Shown here: positions 38,154 through 50,421 of the stretch, in pieces
Numbering within the stretch: position 1 is the stretch's first letter
Layout of the letters: every line of letters begins with the position of its first letter
Source: an uncultured Bacilli bacterium
GTDB lineage: Bacteria; Bacillota_I; Bacilli_A; RFN20; CAG-449
Direction: 5' to 3'
Length of the DNA: 64,000 nucleotides
Assembly (NCBI GenBank): GCA_947591215.1
Contig: CANQCZ010000005.1
Coordinates: 1,630-65,629, forward strand
Made by a program: the position numbers and the translations under genes
The notes under the pieces: model-generated
What the model was told of the DNA's origin: nothing
What the model saw: the letters and a program-made list of their open reading frames with translations, nothing else
The model's database searches: none

Positions 38154-38792
38154 TTGGCAATGAAGTTTAATGAAAAATTAAAATCATTAAGAAAAGAACA
38201 TAATCTTACTCAAGTTGAACTGGCGGAAAGTTTATATGTCAGTCGGTCACTGGTCGCAAGATGGGAATATGGCGATATTTATCCCACGATAGAGAATCTT
38301 AATAAAATATCATCTTATTTTGATATTCCGATAGGCAATCTATTATGCGAAGATGAAAAAACAGAAATAATAGTTCATCAAGTAAACTTGGAAAGAAAAA
38401 TAAAGAAAGTATTGAGAATATCATTGCTAACATTGATTATAGTTTATTCAATTGTCATGCCAATAGTATATTGTTTAAAGGTATTTTCCATTACCGGATT
38501 TGGCTATTTAGGAAACAATTATACAAGTAGCGAGATAGATTTTAATGTTTTTCATTATTCAGTTGTAGATTGTATTTTGCCTGAAGATTCATGGTTATTA
38601 GTCGTCTCACCATTGACAAATTTAGTATTAATTATTTTGGCTATTTTAGCTTTTAGTTTAAAAAGAAAAAGAATAAAAAATATTTTAATATTTGTTACCA
38701 CTATTTTATTTATTGTTTCATTGGTTTTTGTCATTTTGACATTTGTGCTTGGCACAAAGCATCCGATTGGAATTCTTCCAAAATTCATGTAA
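38154..38792 (+). CDS. Membrane-anchored XRE-family HTH regulator (paralog 2)
   Basis: The N-terminal 75 aa are about 80% identical to paralog 1. C-terminal TM segments. Confidence 0.6.
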   Translation: MAMKFNEKLKSLRKEHNLTQVELAESLYVSRSLVARWEYGDIYPTIENLNKISSYFDIPIGNLLCEDEKTEIIVHQVNLERKIKKVLRISLLTLIIVYSIVMPIVYCLKVFSITGFGYLGNNYTSSEIDFNVFHYSVVDCILPEDSWLLVVSPLTNLVLIILAILAFSLKRKRIKNILIFVTTILFIVSLVFVILTFVLGTKHPIGILPKFM

Positions 38793-39178
38793 GTAACAAG
38801 GAAAGTGATATTTATTTTTGAAGAAATAACTGAAAATAAATTAAAAAAGTTAAGTACATTATAAGTGAAATTGATGAGCAAACTTATATTTCCGTTAGTC
38901 CAAAGAATGTTATATATTAAGTTTTAACTTATACTTTTTAGTCACTTTAACAAGTTTTTTTAAATTAATCAGATAAAATTTATATAAATAAAACAAGTTG
39001 TCAAAATTCTTTATGATTAAAATTAAGGAAATTCAACACTTTGTTATTATCGTAAATAAAGAATTAACAATGTTACTGAAGCTTTAACGATGCTTTATCT
39101 TTGCTTATTGATATAATATTGACAAGAAAAATAACTGCGACATTTTTCTAAATATTATTAAAGGAAGGAGTAGCAAAG

Positions 39179-39787
39179 ATGAAATTTCCGGACAAATTAA
39201 AAAATTTACGAAAAGAGAAGGGATTGACACAAGAAGAATTGGCTTCTAAAATATTTGTCTCAAGAAGTCTAATTGCTAGGTACGAAAATGGAAGTGTTGT
39301 GCCGTCTAAAGAAAATCTAGAAAAATTATCTTTATTCTTTGATTTAAGACTTTCTGATTTCATCGATAAAGAAGATATTGTTGGATTAACATTATCACAA
39401 AATAAGACAGCTTTGATTATGGAAAGATTTTTTTCCATTTTAATCATCATAGTTAATGGATTATTTAGTTTTATATCATTGTTGCCGATTTTTAAACTTA
39501 AAAGATATTATTATTATGAAGGTAACTTAGTTCCGAATTTAGAGACAAAATTTTTTAGTTTTGTTCAAATAACGCTTCTAAATAACAATTCAATTGTCTT
39601 AATAACGATTATTTTTTGTGCAATAAACCTATGTCTAAGTATTGCATGCCTAGTAAAGCAGAATTTTAAACATCGAATTTGGATTAAAATGATTAATTAT
39701 GTATTGTTTGTTTTAATTTTATTTTTAATTTTCTTTTCTATAGTTTTTTCAGTAATATACCTAAATAACAATATTTATGATTATTAA
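39179..39787 (+). CDS. Membrane-anchored XRE-family HTH regulator (paralog 3, more divergent)
   Basis: LKNLRKEKGLTQEELASKIFVSRSLIARYENG HTH plus TM segments. Confidence 0.55.
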   Translation: MKFPDKLKNLRKEKGLTQEELASKIFVSRSLIARYENGSVVPSKENLEKLSLFFDLRLSDFIDKEDIVGLTLSQNKTALIMERFFSILIIIVNGLFSFISLLPIFKLKRYYYYEGNLVPNLETKFFSFVQITLLNNNSIVLITIIFCAINLCLSIACLVKQNFKHRIWIKMINYVLFVLILFLIFFSIVFSVIYLNNNIYDY

Positions 39788-40011
39788 CGATTTCATATAA
39801 AATGTAGAATATAACCGGAAATATTGTCGTTATATTCAAAATTTATCGGAGTATAACTCGATAAACTTCTTGATTATATGATTATTAAACAATAATAAGG
39901 ATTCGTAAAAAAGACTAAGAAACTTCTTTTAAAATTGCCTATATTTTAAACGATAAATAAGCTATCTAGTAAAAATTCTTTAACGATGATATAATCATTA
40001 ATGGTGAGAAA

Positions 40012-40530
40012 ATGAAAGAATTATTGATTGTCGTCGATTTTCAAAATGATTTTGTTGACGGGGCGTTAGGATTTCCTAAAGCCAGCGAAATCGAAGATTA
40101 CATTTTAGCTAGAATCAAAAAAGCGAGGGATGTTAAAGAAGATATTATCTTTACTTTGGATACACACGACAAAGATTATTTAAATACCGAAGAGGGAAAA
40201 AATCTTCCGTGTCCTCATTGCTTAAAAAACAGTAAAGGTCATGAATTATACGGAAAAGTTAAAGAGGTTCAAGATTTCGGTTTGGTATTTGAAAAAGATA
40301 CTTTTGGATCAAGAAAGCTTCTGGAATATTTGATTGAGCACCCATACGATAAAATTACGCTTTTGGGATTGGTTTCCAATATGTGTGTCTTTTCAAATGC
40401 GGTAATCGCCAAAACCGCGTGCCCCAATGCCCACATCTTGATTGATTCAAAAGGGAGTCGCTCTTTTGATGAAGACTTAGAAAATAAATGTTATGAAGTT
40501 GCCAAAGGTCTTCAAATTGAGATTATTTAA
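40012..40530 (+). CDS. Isochorismatase-family cysteine hydrolase (nicotinamidase PncA-like)
   Basis: VVDFQNDF N-terminal motif. Catalytic Cys context LLGLVSNMCVF. Confidence 0.7.
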   Translation: MKELLIVVDFQNDFVDGALGFPKASEIEDYILARIKKARDVKEDIIFTLDTHDKDYLNTEEGKNLPCPHCLKNSKGHELYGKVKEVQDFGLVFEKDTFGSRKLLEYLIEHPYDKITLLGLVSNMCVFSNAVIAKTACPNAHILIDSKGSRSFDEDLENKCYEVAKGLQIEII

Positions 40531-40929
40531 ATGAAAGAATTTAAGCCGTTATTAATCAAAGTGACAGTTGTTGACTTAGGATTATTCATACTTAGTTCTT
40601 TCTGCTTCTTTATCGGTCGTATGGAAATACCATTAGGTTTCTTGTTGGGAGCGACGATTGGACTATTAAATTTCTTGTTGATGTATTTCCAATTTAAGAT
40701 ACTTATCGTACCGCAACAGGAAAAAAGAATCAGATTAAAATCGGGATTAAGTTTTATAACTCGTTTCATCATTTACGGACTAGGTTTGGCACTTGCGTTG
40801 CTTCTTGAAAAGAATGGTTATAAAATCTTTGCGTGGTATACAGTTTTCATAGGTTATTTGATGCTTAAAATAGTAATGTTAGTCGACAATTATTTACAAA
40901 CAAGAAAAGATCGTAAATCAAAAGGATAA
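40531..40929 (+). CDS. atpI: ATP synthase protein I
   Basis: Small polytopic membrane protein heading the atp operon. Confidence 0.55.
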   Translation: MKEFKPLLIKVTVVDLGLFILSSFCFFIGRMEIPLGFLLGATIGLLNFLLMYFQFKILIVPQQEKRIRLKSGLSFITRFIIYGLGLALALLLEKNGYKIFAWYTVFIGYLMLKIVMLVDNYLQTRKDRKSKG

Positions 40930-40948
40930 GAAAGAGAGGAAATACAAT

Positions 40949-41479
40949 ATGAATATCTGGCATGACATCAATCCCGAAAGAGTGACTAAAGAGAAGTTTG
41001 TCGCTTGTGTTGAAATTTCATTAGGAAGCAAAAACAAATATGAACTCGATAAAGAAACGGGGTTATTGAGATTAGATCGAATTCTTTATACTTCGACTCA
41101 TTATCCAGCTAATTATGGCTTTATTCCGCATACTTATGCCGGTGATAATGACCCGTTAGATGTGCTTGTGATTTGTAACGAACCTTTAGTACCGATGACT
41201 TTAGTAGAATGTTATCCAATCGGAGTGATCAAAATGATGGACCAAGGCGAAGTCGATGAAAAAATCATCGCGATTTGTGCTCACGATCCGCTTTATTCTA
41301 ACTTTCACTCGATGGAAGAATTACCTAAGCACATTTTCGATGAGATAATGCACTTTTTTAAAGTATATAAAACCCTTGAAAATAAGGAAACTTCTGTCAA
41401 ATCATGCGATGATAAAGAAGAAGCGATGAAAGTCATAGATTTGGCCATAAAAAATTACAATCGAGTTTTCAGAAAATAA
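40949..41479 (+). CDS. ppa: Inorganic pyrophosphatase (family I)
   Basis: Motifs ERVTKEKFVACVEISLGSKNKYE, YPANYGFIP and DGDNDPLDVLV. Confidence 0.85.
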   Translation: MNIWHDINPERVTKEKFVACVEISLGSKNKYELDKETGLLRLDRILYTSTHYPANYGFIPHTYAGDNDPLDVLVICNEPLVPMTLVECYPIGVIKMMDQGEVDEKIIAICAHDPLYSNFHSMEELPKHIFDEIMHFFKVYKTLENKETSVKSCDDKEEAMKVIDLAIKNYNRVFRK

Positions 41480-41551
41480 TGTTTTTATAGTGTAAAAAAC
41501 GAGAACTTTTGGTAAAATTAACCTAGATTTAAAATAGAAAAGAGCGAGCAC

Positions 41552-42283
41552 ATGACTTTATTCAGTTTACCGCAATCGACAGTAGTAGGATTACCGGGTG
41601 AGATTTATACAAGTTTACTCATCTGTTTGGTTTTGCTCGTATTTTGTTTGGTGGTAAAAATTAAATCAAGAAAGGTCGATCCTTTAAAAAGACCGAAAGG
41701 GATTATGCTCCTTGCCGAAATGGCAGTTACCAAAGTCGATAAAATGGTCACTGAAAATATGGGGCGACAATTTCTTTGGGCGGCACCATATATCGCTTTT
41801 GTGATGGCATTTTTATTTTTGTCTTTTACTAGCGGCTTATTTGGGTTGCCTTCGCCGGTTGGATATTATATGATCCCGTTAAGTTTTGCACTCATCACTT
41901 TTATCGCCATTCACGTCACCAGTATCGTCTATACCAAAAAAAATTATTATAAACGCTATTTAGAACCATTCTTTTTCTTTTTACCTATCAATTTAATCTC
42001 GATGTGGGCACCGCTTTTATCGTTGTCTTTACGTTTGTTCGGCAACGCTTTGGCCGGTTGGGTTTTGATGAGTCTTGTCTACAATGTATTTTATGAATTA
42101 AGTGTCAGCCTTGTCGGACTACCATTACCGATCGCCTCGGTTGTCACACCGTTTTTACACGCTTATTTTGATGTGTTTGCCGGTTTTATTCAGGCACTTG
42201 TGTTTACAATGCTGACGATGCTTTTGATTTCAAGCGAAGTTCCTGATGAATTTAAAATGCAAGAAAAAACAAGTTTACAATAG
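41552..42283 (+). CDS. atpB: F0F1 ATP synthase subunit a
   Basis: Polytopic membrane protein with the conserved LSLRLFGN motif. Confidence 0.85.
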   Translation: MTLFSLPQSTVVGLPGEIYTSLLICLVLLVFCLVVKIKSRKVDPLKRPKGIMLLAEMAVTKVDKMVTENMGRQFLWAAPYIAFVMAFLFLSFTSGLFGLPSPVGYYMIPLSFALITFIAIHVTSIVYTKKNYYKRYLEPFFFFLPINLISMWAPLLSLSLRLFGNALAGWVLMSLVYNVFYELSVSLVGLPLPIASVVTPFLHAYFDVFAGFIQALVFTMLTMLLISSEVPDEFKMQEKTSLQ

Positions 42284-42301
42284 TTAAAAGGAGGAAACTA
42301 T

Positions 42302-42592
42302 ATGATACAAGCATTAACCGAAGTTGTAGAAGCAACAGTTGCCGGAGGTTACAACGAATTCTTCGTGCAAGGAATGGGTGCTCTAGCGGCTGGAATTGCG
42401 ATTTTAGCCGGCCTTGGTCCTGGTATTTCCGAAGGTATCGCGGCTAAAGGCGCAGTTGAAGGAGTAGCTAGAAACCCGGAAGCTGCCGGACAAATAAGAA
42501 GCATGCTCATGTTAGGCTGTGCTTTGACTGAAACGACGGCTATTTATGGTTTATTGATCTCGATGCTTTTACTTTTCTTGGTTGCGATGTAA
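42302..42592 (+). CDS. atpE: F0F1 ATP synthase subunit c
   Basis: Two-helix proteolipid with GLGPGISEG and an ALTETTAIYGL-type carboxylate helix. Confidence 0.85.
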   Translation: MIQALTEVVEATVAGGYNEFFVQGMGALAAGIAILAGLGPGISEGIAAKGAVEGVARNPEAAGQIRSMLMLGCALTETTAIYGLLISMLLLFLVAM

Positions 42593-42598
42593 TCGTTT

Positions 42599-43141
42599 AT
42601 GATCACTTTTTTTGATATTAGCAACATTGCGCCGGATCCTAGCGACATTATCAATAAATTGTTCCCTAATGGGTGGCAGCCTTTAGTTATTCAACTTGTT
42701 GCCACTTTGGTAATGTTCCTTATTGCTAGCAAATTGTTATTTAAGCCGGTACGCGAGATTTTGAAAAAACGCGCCGATTATGTTGAAAATAACATCAAAG
42801 AAGCGGAAAAATCTGCACTTGAGGCTAGCAATAAAAATAAAGAAGCTGATCAAAATATTCTAGAGGCTAAAGCTCAAGCTTCTTTAATTCTTGAAAATGC
42901 TAAAAACGACGCTTTGGTCGTTAAAGAGCAATTAGTTGCGGATGCTCATCAAGAAGTTTCATTGTTAAAAGATAAAGCATATAAAGAGATCGAACAAGAA
43001 AAGCAAAAAGCTCGCGAAGAAATCAATCGTGAAATTGTCGATGTTGCACTTTTGGCTTCAAATAAAATTTTAAAGCGAGAAGTTAACGATTCAGACAACA
43101 AGCGTTTAGTTGAAGATTTTATAAAGGATGTCGTTAACTGA
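42599..43141 (+). CDS. atpF: F0F1 ATP synthase subunit b
   Basis: N-terminal TM plus a long charged helix. Position in the operon. Confidence 0.8.
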   Translation: MITFFDISNIAPDPSDIINKLFPNGWQPLVIQLVATLVMFLIASKLLFKPVREILKKRADYVENNIKEAEKSALEASNKNKEADQNILEAKAQASLILENAKNDALVVKEQLVADAHQEVSLLKDKAYKEIEQEKQKAREEINREIVDVALLASNKILKREVNDSDNKRLVEDFIKDVVN

Positions 43142-43683
43142 TGGATAGCTTATTAAAACGTTATGCATCGGCTCTTTTGAGCATTGCAAAAGAGGAGCAT
43201 AAAAACGACGAATATCGCGAATATGTAAAAGGAATGATTGTCGCTCTTGAAGAAAATTTAGAATTCATCACGATTCTCAGTTCGGAATTTATCGATAAGA
43301 ACGAAAAGATTGCCTTAGTTGACAAAGTATTTGCGGATTGTCCGTATGAGAACCTCTTGAATTTCATCAAAGTGACGATTGATAATCGCCGCGAAAAGTT
43401 GTTAATCGGCTTTTTAAAAGAATTTGTAAGTCTTTCTAACGAAGCCTCACAAATTGCCGAAGGCTATGTCTATTCGACAGTTAAACTATCAAAGTCACAA
43501 ATGGATGATTTAGAAAAAGCTATCGGGCAGAGACTACAAATTCAAGTTTCTTTGATTAATAAGATTGATGAAGAACTTATCGGTGGCGTCAAAGTAATAA
43601 TTAAAGATTATGTTTTTGATGGTTCCTTGAAAAACAAATTAGAATTATTGAAGAACGATCTTCTAGAAAGGAATGTGGATTAA
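43141..43683 (+). CDS. atpH: F0F1 ATP synthase subunit delta
   Basis: Position and size (180 aa). OSCP-like. Confidence 0.75.
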   Translation: MDSLLKRYASALLSIAKEEHKNDEYREYVKGMIVALEENLEFITILSSEFIDKNEKIALVDKVFADCPYENLLNFIKVTIDNRREKLLIGFLKEFVSLSNEASQIAEGYVYSTVKLSKSQMDDLEKAIGQRLQIQVSLINKIDEELIGGVKVIIKDYVFDGSLKNKLELLKNDLLERNVD

Positions 43684-45191
43684 TGAATATTAAGCCTAAT
43701 GAAATCTCGGCGCTTATTAAAGAGCAAATTAAAAATTACTCTCATCGCGTCGAATCTAAAGACGTCGGTTCCGTTGTCACCATCGGTGATGGAATCGCTT
43801 TGGTTTATGGACTTGATAAAGCGATGCTTGGGGAACTGGTAGAATTTCCTAAGCAAATTTATGGAATGGTCTTGAGCCTTGAAGAAGATCATGTCGGAGT
43901 GGTCATGCTTGGTGATGACAAAGAAATCAAAGAAGGAGATTTGGTCAAACGGACGGGACGAGTGATCGAAGTACCAGTCGGCGATAATATGCTAGGACGA
44001 GTGGTTAACGCTTTAGGACAACCGATCGATGGACTTGGCGAAATCAAATGCCAAAAATATCGTCCGATTGAGCGGATTGCACCCGGTGTAATGACACGTA
44101 AATCAGTCGATACCCCACTTCAAACCGGAATCAAAGCCATCGATGCCATGATTCCGATTGGAAGAGGTCAACGTGAACTGATCATCGGCGATCGTCAAAC
44201 CGGTAAAACGGCGATTGCTATCGACACCATCATCAATCAAAAAGATAAGGGCGTCTTATGTATTTACGTGGCTATCGGACAAAAAAATTCAACCGTCGCT
44301 CAAATTGTCGAGAAGTTAAAAAACAAAGGAGCGATGGACTATACTTGTGTCGTTTCCGCGACCGCTTCAGAATTATCGCCATTACAATATATCGCTCCCT
44401 ATGCCGGTGTTTCAATCGCCGAAGAATGGATGGAACAAGGCAAGGATGTTTTAATTGTCTACGACGATCTTTCGAAACATGCGGTTGCCTATCGTACGAT
44501 GGCCTTGCTTTTAAAAAGAGCACCGGGTCGGGAAGCTTATCCGGGCGATGTTTTCTATCTTCACTCGAGATTATTGGAAAGAGCTTGTAAACTTGATAAA
44601 GAATACGGAGGTGGTTCGATCACCGCGCTTCCGATTATTGAAACGCAAGCCGGTGACATCTCGGCGTATATTCCAACCAACGTGATTTCGATTACCGATG
44701 GCCAGATTTTCTTGATGAGTGAACTCTTTAATGCCGGACAACGGCCAGCGGTCGACTCCGGTTTATCGGTATCACGCGTCGGTTCTGCGGCCCAAATCAA
44801 AGCGATGAAACAAGTCGCGGGTTCTTTAAAAATCGAATTGGCCAATTATGGTGAATTGCAAGCATTTTCACAGTTTGGTTCCGACCTTGACGAGGATACT
44901 AAAAAAGTTTTAAATCACGGCGATCGTCTGCTTGAAGTTTTAAAACAAGAGCAGTACGCACCCTTTTCGCTCAATCGGCAGATAATCGAGCTTTTTGCGG
45001 CTAAGTATCGTTTTTTAGAAGAATTGCCACTCAATGAAGTGAGACCTTTTTTAGATAAACTGTATCGGGACATCGAACTTCGTCATCACGATATTCTCGA
45101 TCGCTTAGACAATCAAAAATGCTTTGATCAGGCGTTAGAAGATCACTTAAAAGAAGTAATTCAAGAAACGCTTGACATTTATAAAAAATAA
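43683..45191 (+). CDS. atpA: F0F1 ATP synthase subunit alpha
   Basis: GDRQTGKT P-loop and [27 protein letters not shown]-type block. Confidence 0.95.
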   Translation: MNIKPNEISALIKEQIKNYSHRVESKDVGSVVTIGDGIALVYGLDKAMLGELVEFPKQIYGMVLSLEEDHVGVVMLGDDKEIKEGDLVKRTGRVIEVPVGDNMLGRVVNALGQPIDGLGEIKCQKYRPIERIAPGVMTRKSVDTPLQTGIKAIDAMIPIGRGQRELIIGDRQTGKTAIAIDTIINQKDKGVLCIYVAIGQKNSTVAQIVEKLKNKGAMDYTCVVSATASELSPLQYIAPYAGVSIAEEWMEQGKDVLIVYDDLSKHAVAYRTMALLLKRAPGREAYPGDVFYLHSRLLERACKLDKEYGGGSITALPIIETQAGDISAYIPTNVISITDGQIFLMSELFNAGQRPAVDSGLSVSRVGSAAQIKAMKQVAGSLKIELANYGELQAFSQFGSDLDEDTKKVLNHGDRLLEVLKQEQYAPFSLNRQIIELFAAKYRFLEELPLNEVRPFLDKLYRDIELRHHDILDRLDNQKCFDQALEDHLKEVIQETLDIYKK

Positions 45192-45222
45192 TTAAAAATC
45201 ACTTTAAAGGAGGTGAGCGGCA

Positions 45223-47462
<2,240 letters not shown>

Positions 47463-47464
47463 TT

Positions 47465-47869
47465 ATGGATACTTTTAAATTACATATTGTGACGCCCGAA
47501 GGAGATTTTTTTAACGGTGATGTTCAATCGCTTAATATTAAAGCTGATCAAGGCTATTTGACCATCCTAGCAAAACACATGCCACTTGTAACTACGTTAG
47601 AACCTGATGTGGCAACGATTATTTTAGCTGATGGTAAAAAAGAGCAAATCGCCGTTTCAACCGGGATTTTAAATGTCACTAAAGAAGAGACGTTACTTAT
47701 CGTTGATGCGGTTGAATATAAAAATCAAATCGATATCGAAAGAGCAAAGAGAGCTCTTGAAAGAGCTAAAAGACGTCTTGCAAGTAAAGCCGATGATATC
47801 GATTTAAAAAGAGCTCAAGTTTCTTTAAAAAGAGCGATTGCACGTATTAAACTTTATGAATTAAAGTAA
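47465..47869 (+). CDS. atpC: F0F1 ATP synthase subunit epsilon
   Basis: Size and position. LHIVTPEG start. Confidence 0.85.
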   Translation: MDTFKLHIVTPEGDFFNGDVQSLNIKADQGYLTILAKHMPLVTTLEPDVATIILADGKKEQIAVSTGILNVTKEETLLIVDAVEYKNQIDIERAKRALERAKRRLASKADDIDLKRAQVSLKRAIARIKLYELK

Positions 47870-47950
47870 CAAAAGTCATCGGTTAGATTCGATGGGTTTA
47901 AAGTATATCTCGGACTTAAGAGCAAGCAAAAACAGGCTTTATAATGTTAA

Positions 47951-47976
47951 AAACGGCTGAAAACAGCCGCTTTTTG
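47951..47976 (+). terminator. Rho-independent terminator of the atp operon
   Basis: Stem cggctg, loop aaaa, stem cagccg, then TTTTT. Confidence 0.8.
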
Positions 47977-48159
47977 TGCTTTGAACACTTTTTATGCCCT
48001 CGTTGTGATTGGTTGGTTCGAATAATCATTGCCGATAACGGCAAAATGGAGTACTCCATCATGGCTGGAAAAATCGTTGCTCGCGGCGATAAAGCCATTG
48101 AGTGATCAGTATTGTTCCTACACTATCTAAAGAACAGATTAAATAAGATAAACTTTATT

Positions 48160-48193
48160 AAAAAAGTCGGGAATAAAACTACCGACTTTTTTT
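48160..48193. terminator. Bidirectional terminator downstream of thrS
   Basis: aaaaagtcgg, loop, ccgactttttt. Confidence 0.7.
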
Positions 48194-48261
48194 AACTTGC
48201 CTAAAATTGTATACCAATATAAAATAATAGGATTCTTTTATATTTTGTATATTATTTGCAT

Positions 48262-50166
48262 TTATTTATTAAAACTTTTATTATCAATTTCTTCTTTTAA
48301 AAGAGCGATGAACTCTTGGAGGGAAACCGTCGTTTGTTCTTTTTTACCATAAGCTCTATACGTGACGCTGCCATTATGGCATTCATTATCGCCAATGACG
48401 AGTGAATAAGGTACTTTTTGAACTTGGGCTTCACGGAGTCGATAACCGAGTTTTTCTTCACGATCATCGATAACCACGCGGATATTTTCTTTTTCTAAGG
48501 CTTCCTTAACTTCATTTGCATAATTTCCGTGAACTTGTGGAGAAACAGGAAGAATATTGATTTGAACCGGGGCTAGCCAAGTCGGGAAAGCACCGGCAAA
48601 GTTTTCTGTGATAATGGCAATGAAACGTTCGATGGAACCAAAACATGCGCGATGAATCATCACCGGCGTCACTTTTTGTCCGTTTTCATCGATGTAAGTA
48701 CAATCAAAACGACCCGGCAACTGCATGTCTAATTGAATCGTTCCGCATTGCCAGATTCGATTCATCGAATCGCGAAGTTTAAAATCAAGTTTAGGACCAT
48801 AGAAGGCTCCGTCTCCGGGATTGATTTTAAATTCTTTTCCCGTCGCTTTGCAAACCCGAATTAAATCTTGTTCCGCTCGATCCCAGACAGCGATGTCACC
48901 GATATAATTATCTTCGGGACGAGTTGACAATTCGATATGATAATTGAGACCGAAAATCGAATATACGTAGTCATAAATCTTAATGATTCGTTCGATTTCG
49001 TCTCCGATTTGATTTTCGGTCAATAAAATATGGGCATCATCTTGAGTGAAAGTGCGAACGCGGAAAAGTCCGTTTAAAGCACCAGAAGCTTCGTAACGGT
49101 GAACATGACCTAATTCGGCGATTCTTAAAGGAAGATCCTTATAAGAATGCAAACTGTTTTTATAGACTAAAATCGCTCCGGGGCAATTCATCGGTTTGAT
49201 GGCATATTCCTTTTCATCGGCGTTGGTGATAAACATATCTTCTTTGTAGTGATCCCAGTGACCGGAAATTTCCCATAATTCTTTAGAAAGCATGATCGGT
49301 GTTTCGACGACGACATAGCCGTTTTTACGATGTAGATCAAGCCAGAAATCCTCTAAAGTGCGGCGCAATTGATAACCTTTAGGAAGCCAAAAGGGAAGTC
49401 CGGGACCAAAATCGGAGAGCATGAAAAGTTCCAATTCTTTTCCGAGTTTACGATGATCGCGCATTTTTCTTTCTTCAAGAATCGTCAAGTGTTTTTCTAG
49501 TTCGTCTTTTGAGAAAAAACTCGTTCCGTAAATTCTTGTCAATTGTTTATTTTTGACATCGCCGCGCCAATAAGCACCGGCCAAAGACAATAATTTGAAA
49601 TTTTTGATTTGACCGGTTCTTTGAACGTGGGGACCGGCACACAAATCGAAAAAGTCACCTTGGCGATAGATCGTGATTTCACCATCTATTCCTTCAATCA
49701 ACTCGATTTTATAAGGATTATCTTTAAATAATTCCTTGGCTTGTTCCTTAGAAAGGATTTCGCGAACAATCGGATAATTTTGTTGGGAAAGGCGCTGCAT
49801 TTCTTGTTCGATTTTTGAAAAATCTTGCTCTGAAATAGGATTTTGAAAATCGATGTCGTAATAAAATCCTTCTTCGATGGCAGGACCAAACCCAAATTTA
49901 GCCTCAGGATACAAATGATGGATAGCTTGGGCCAACAAATGACTGGTTGAATGATTTAACACGTCGTAACTTTCTTTATCGCCAATCAAAATTAAGTTAA
50001 ATTTTCCGCTTTTTTCAATCGGACGAGACAAGTCGTACACTTCATCGCCTAATTTATAAGCGATCGCCTTTTTGGCAAGCGATAAAGAGATTCCTTTTGC
50101 AATGTCTTCTCCGCTTGTTCCTTGAGCTACTTCCATTTCTTTCCCATCGGGTAAAACAATTTTCAT
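48262..50166 (-). CDS. thrS: Threonyl-tRNA synthetase
   Basis: TGS/editing/class II core motifs and the C-terminal anticodon-binding domain. 634 aa. Confidence 0.95.
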   Translation of the reverse strand: MKIVLPDGKEMEVAQGTSGEDIAKGISLSLAKKAIAYKLGDEVYDLSRPIEKSGKFNLILIGDKESYDVLNHSTSHLLAQAIHHLYPEAKFGFGPAIEEGFYYDIDFQNPISEQDFSKIEQEMQRLSQQNYPIVREILSKEQAKELFKDNPYKIELIEGIDGEITIYRQGDFFDLCAGPHVQRTGQIKNFKLLSLAGAYWRGDVKNKQLTRIYGTSFFSKDELEKHLTILEERKMRDHRKLGKELELFMLSDFGPGLPFWLPKGYQLRRTLEDFWLDLHRKNGYVVVETPIMLSKELWEISGHWDHYKEDMFITNADEKEYAIKPMNCPGAILVYKNSLHSYKDLPLRIAELGHVHRYEASGALNGLFRVRTFTQDDAHILLTENQIGDEIERIIKIYDYVYSIFGLNYHIELSTRPEDNYIGDIAVWDRAEQDLIRVCKATGKEFKINPGDGAFYGPKLDFKLRDSMNRIWQCGTIQLDMQLPGRFDCTYIDENGQKVTPVMIHRACFGSIERFIAIITENFAGAFPTWLAPVQINILPVSPQVHGNYANEVKEALEKENIRVVIDDREEKLGYRLREAQVQKVPYSLVIGDNECHNGSVTYRAYGKKEQTTVSLQEFIALLKEEIDNKSFNK

Positions 50167-50420
50167 AGTATTTTCCTCCTTAAAATAAAAAAGGTCGCAC
50201 CTAAGGGCGCATGAAGCGCGGTACCACCTTAATTTATCTCTTTAATTTACCGATAACGCCGGTTGCGTCTGATTGCTCAGAAAGCTCAGAAGTGGTACCG
50301 TTAGTTTTGTCGCTTTCTTGCACCAAGTGAAAGCGTCTCTAAAAGTTTTCTAACGACATGTCTTCATCATCGCTTATTAGTATTATTATCCGTAAAATCG
50401 CAAATTGCAATAAATTTACG
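50167..50420 (-). promoter_or_regulatory. T-box riboswitch leader of thrS
   Basis: Minus-strand sequence AATTAAGGTGGTACCGCG (plus strand 50217-50234) matches the T-box consensus AAUUAGGGUGGUACCGCG. A T-run terminator precedes the RBS. Confidence 0.75.
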
Positions 50421-50421
50421 C

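Noticed and set aside
38555-38881. 108-aa minus-strand ORF opposite the XRE-TM paralog 2
   Set aside because: Antisense to a well-supported gene. The hydrophobic reading is mirrored from the TM region.
44258-44845. Arg-rich ORFs overlapping atpA on both strands (44258-44590, 44272-44523, 44561-44845)
   Set aside because: These are antisense or off-frame readings inside a highly conserved gene. The same applies to the ORFs inside atpD (46136-46886, 47141-47478), pyk/pfkA (51803-53348), the terL and portal interiors, 3155-3442 and 2510-2737.
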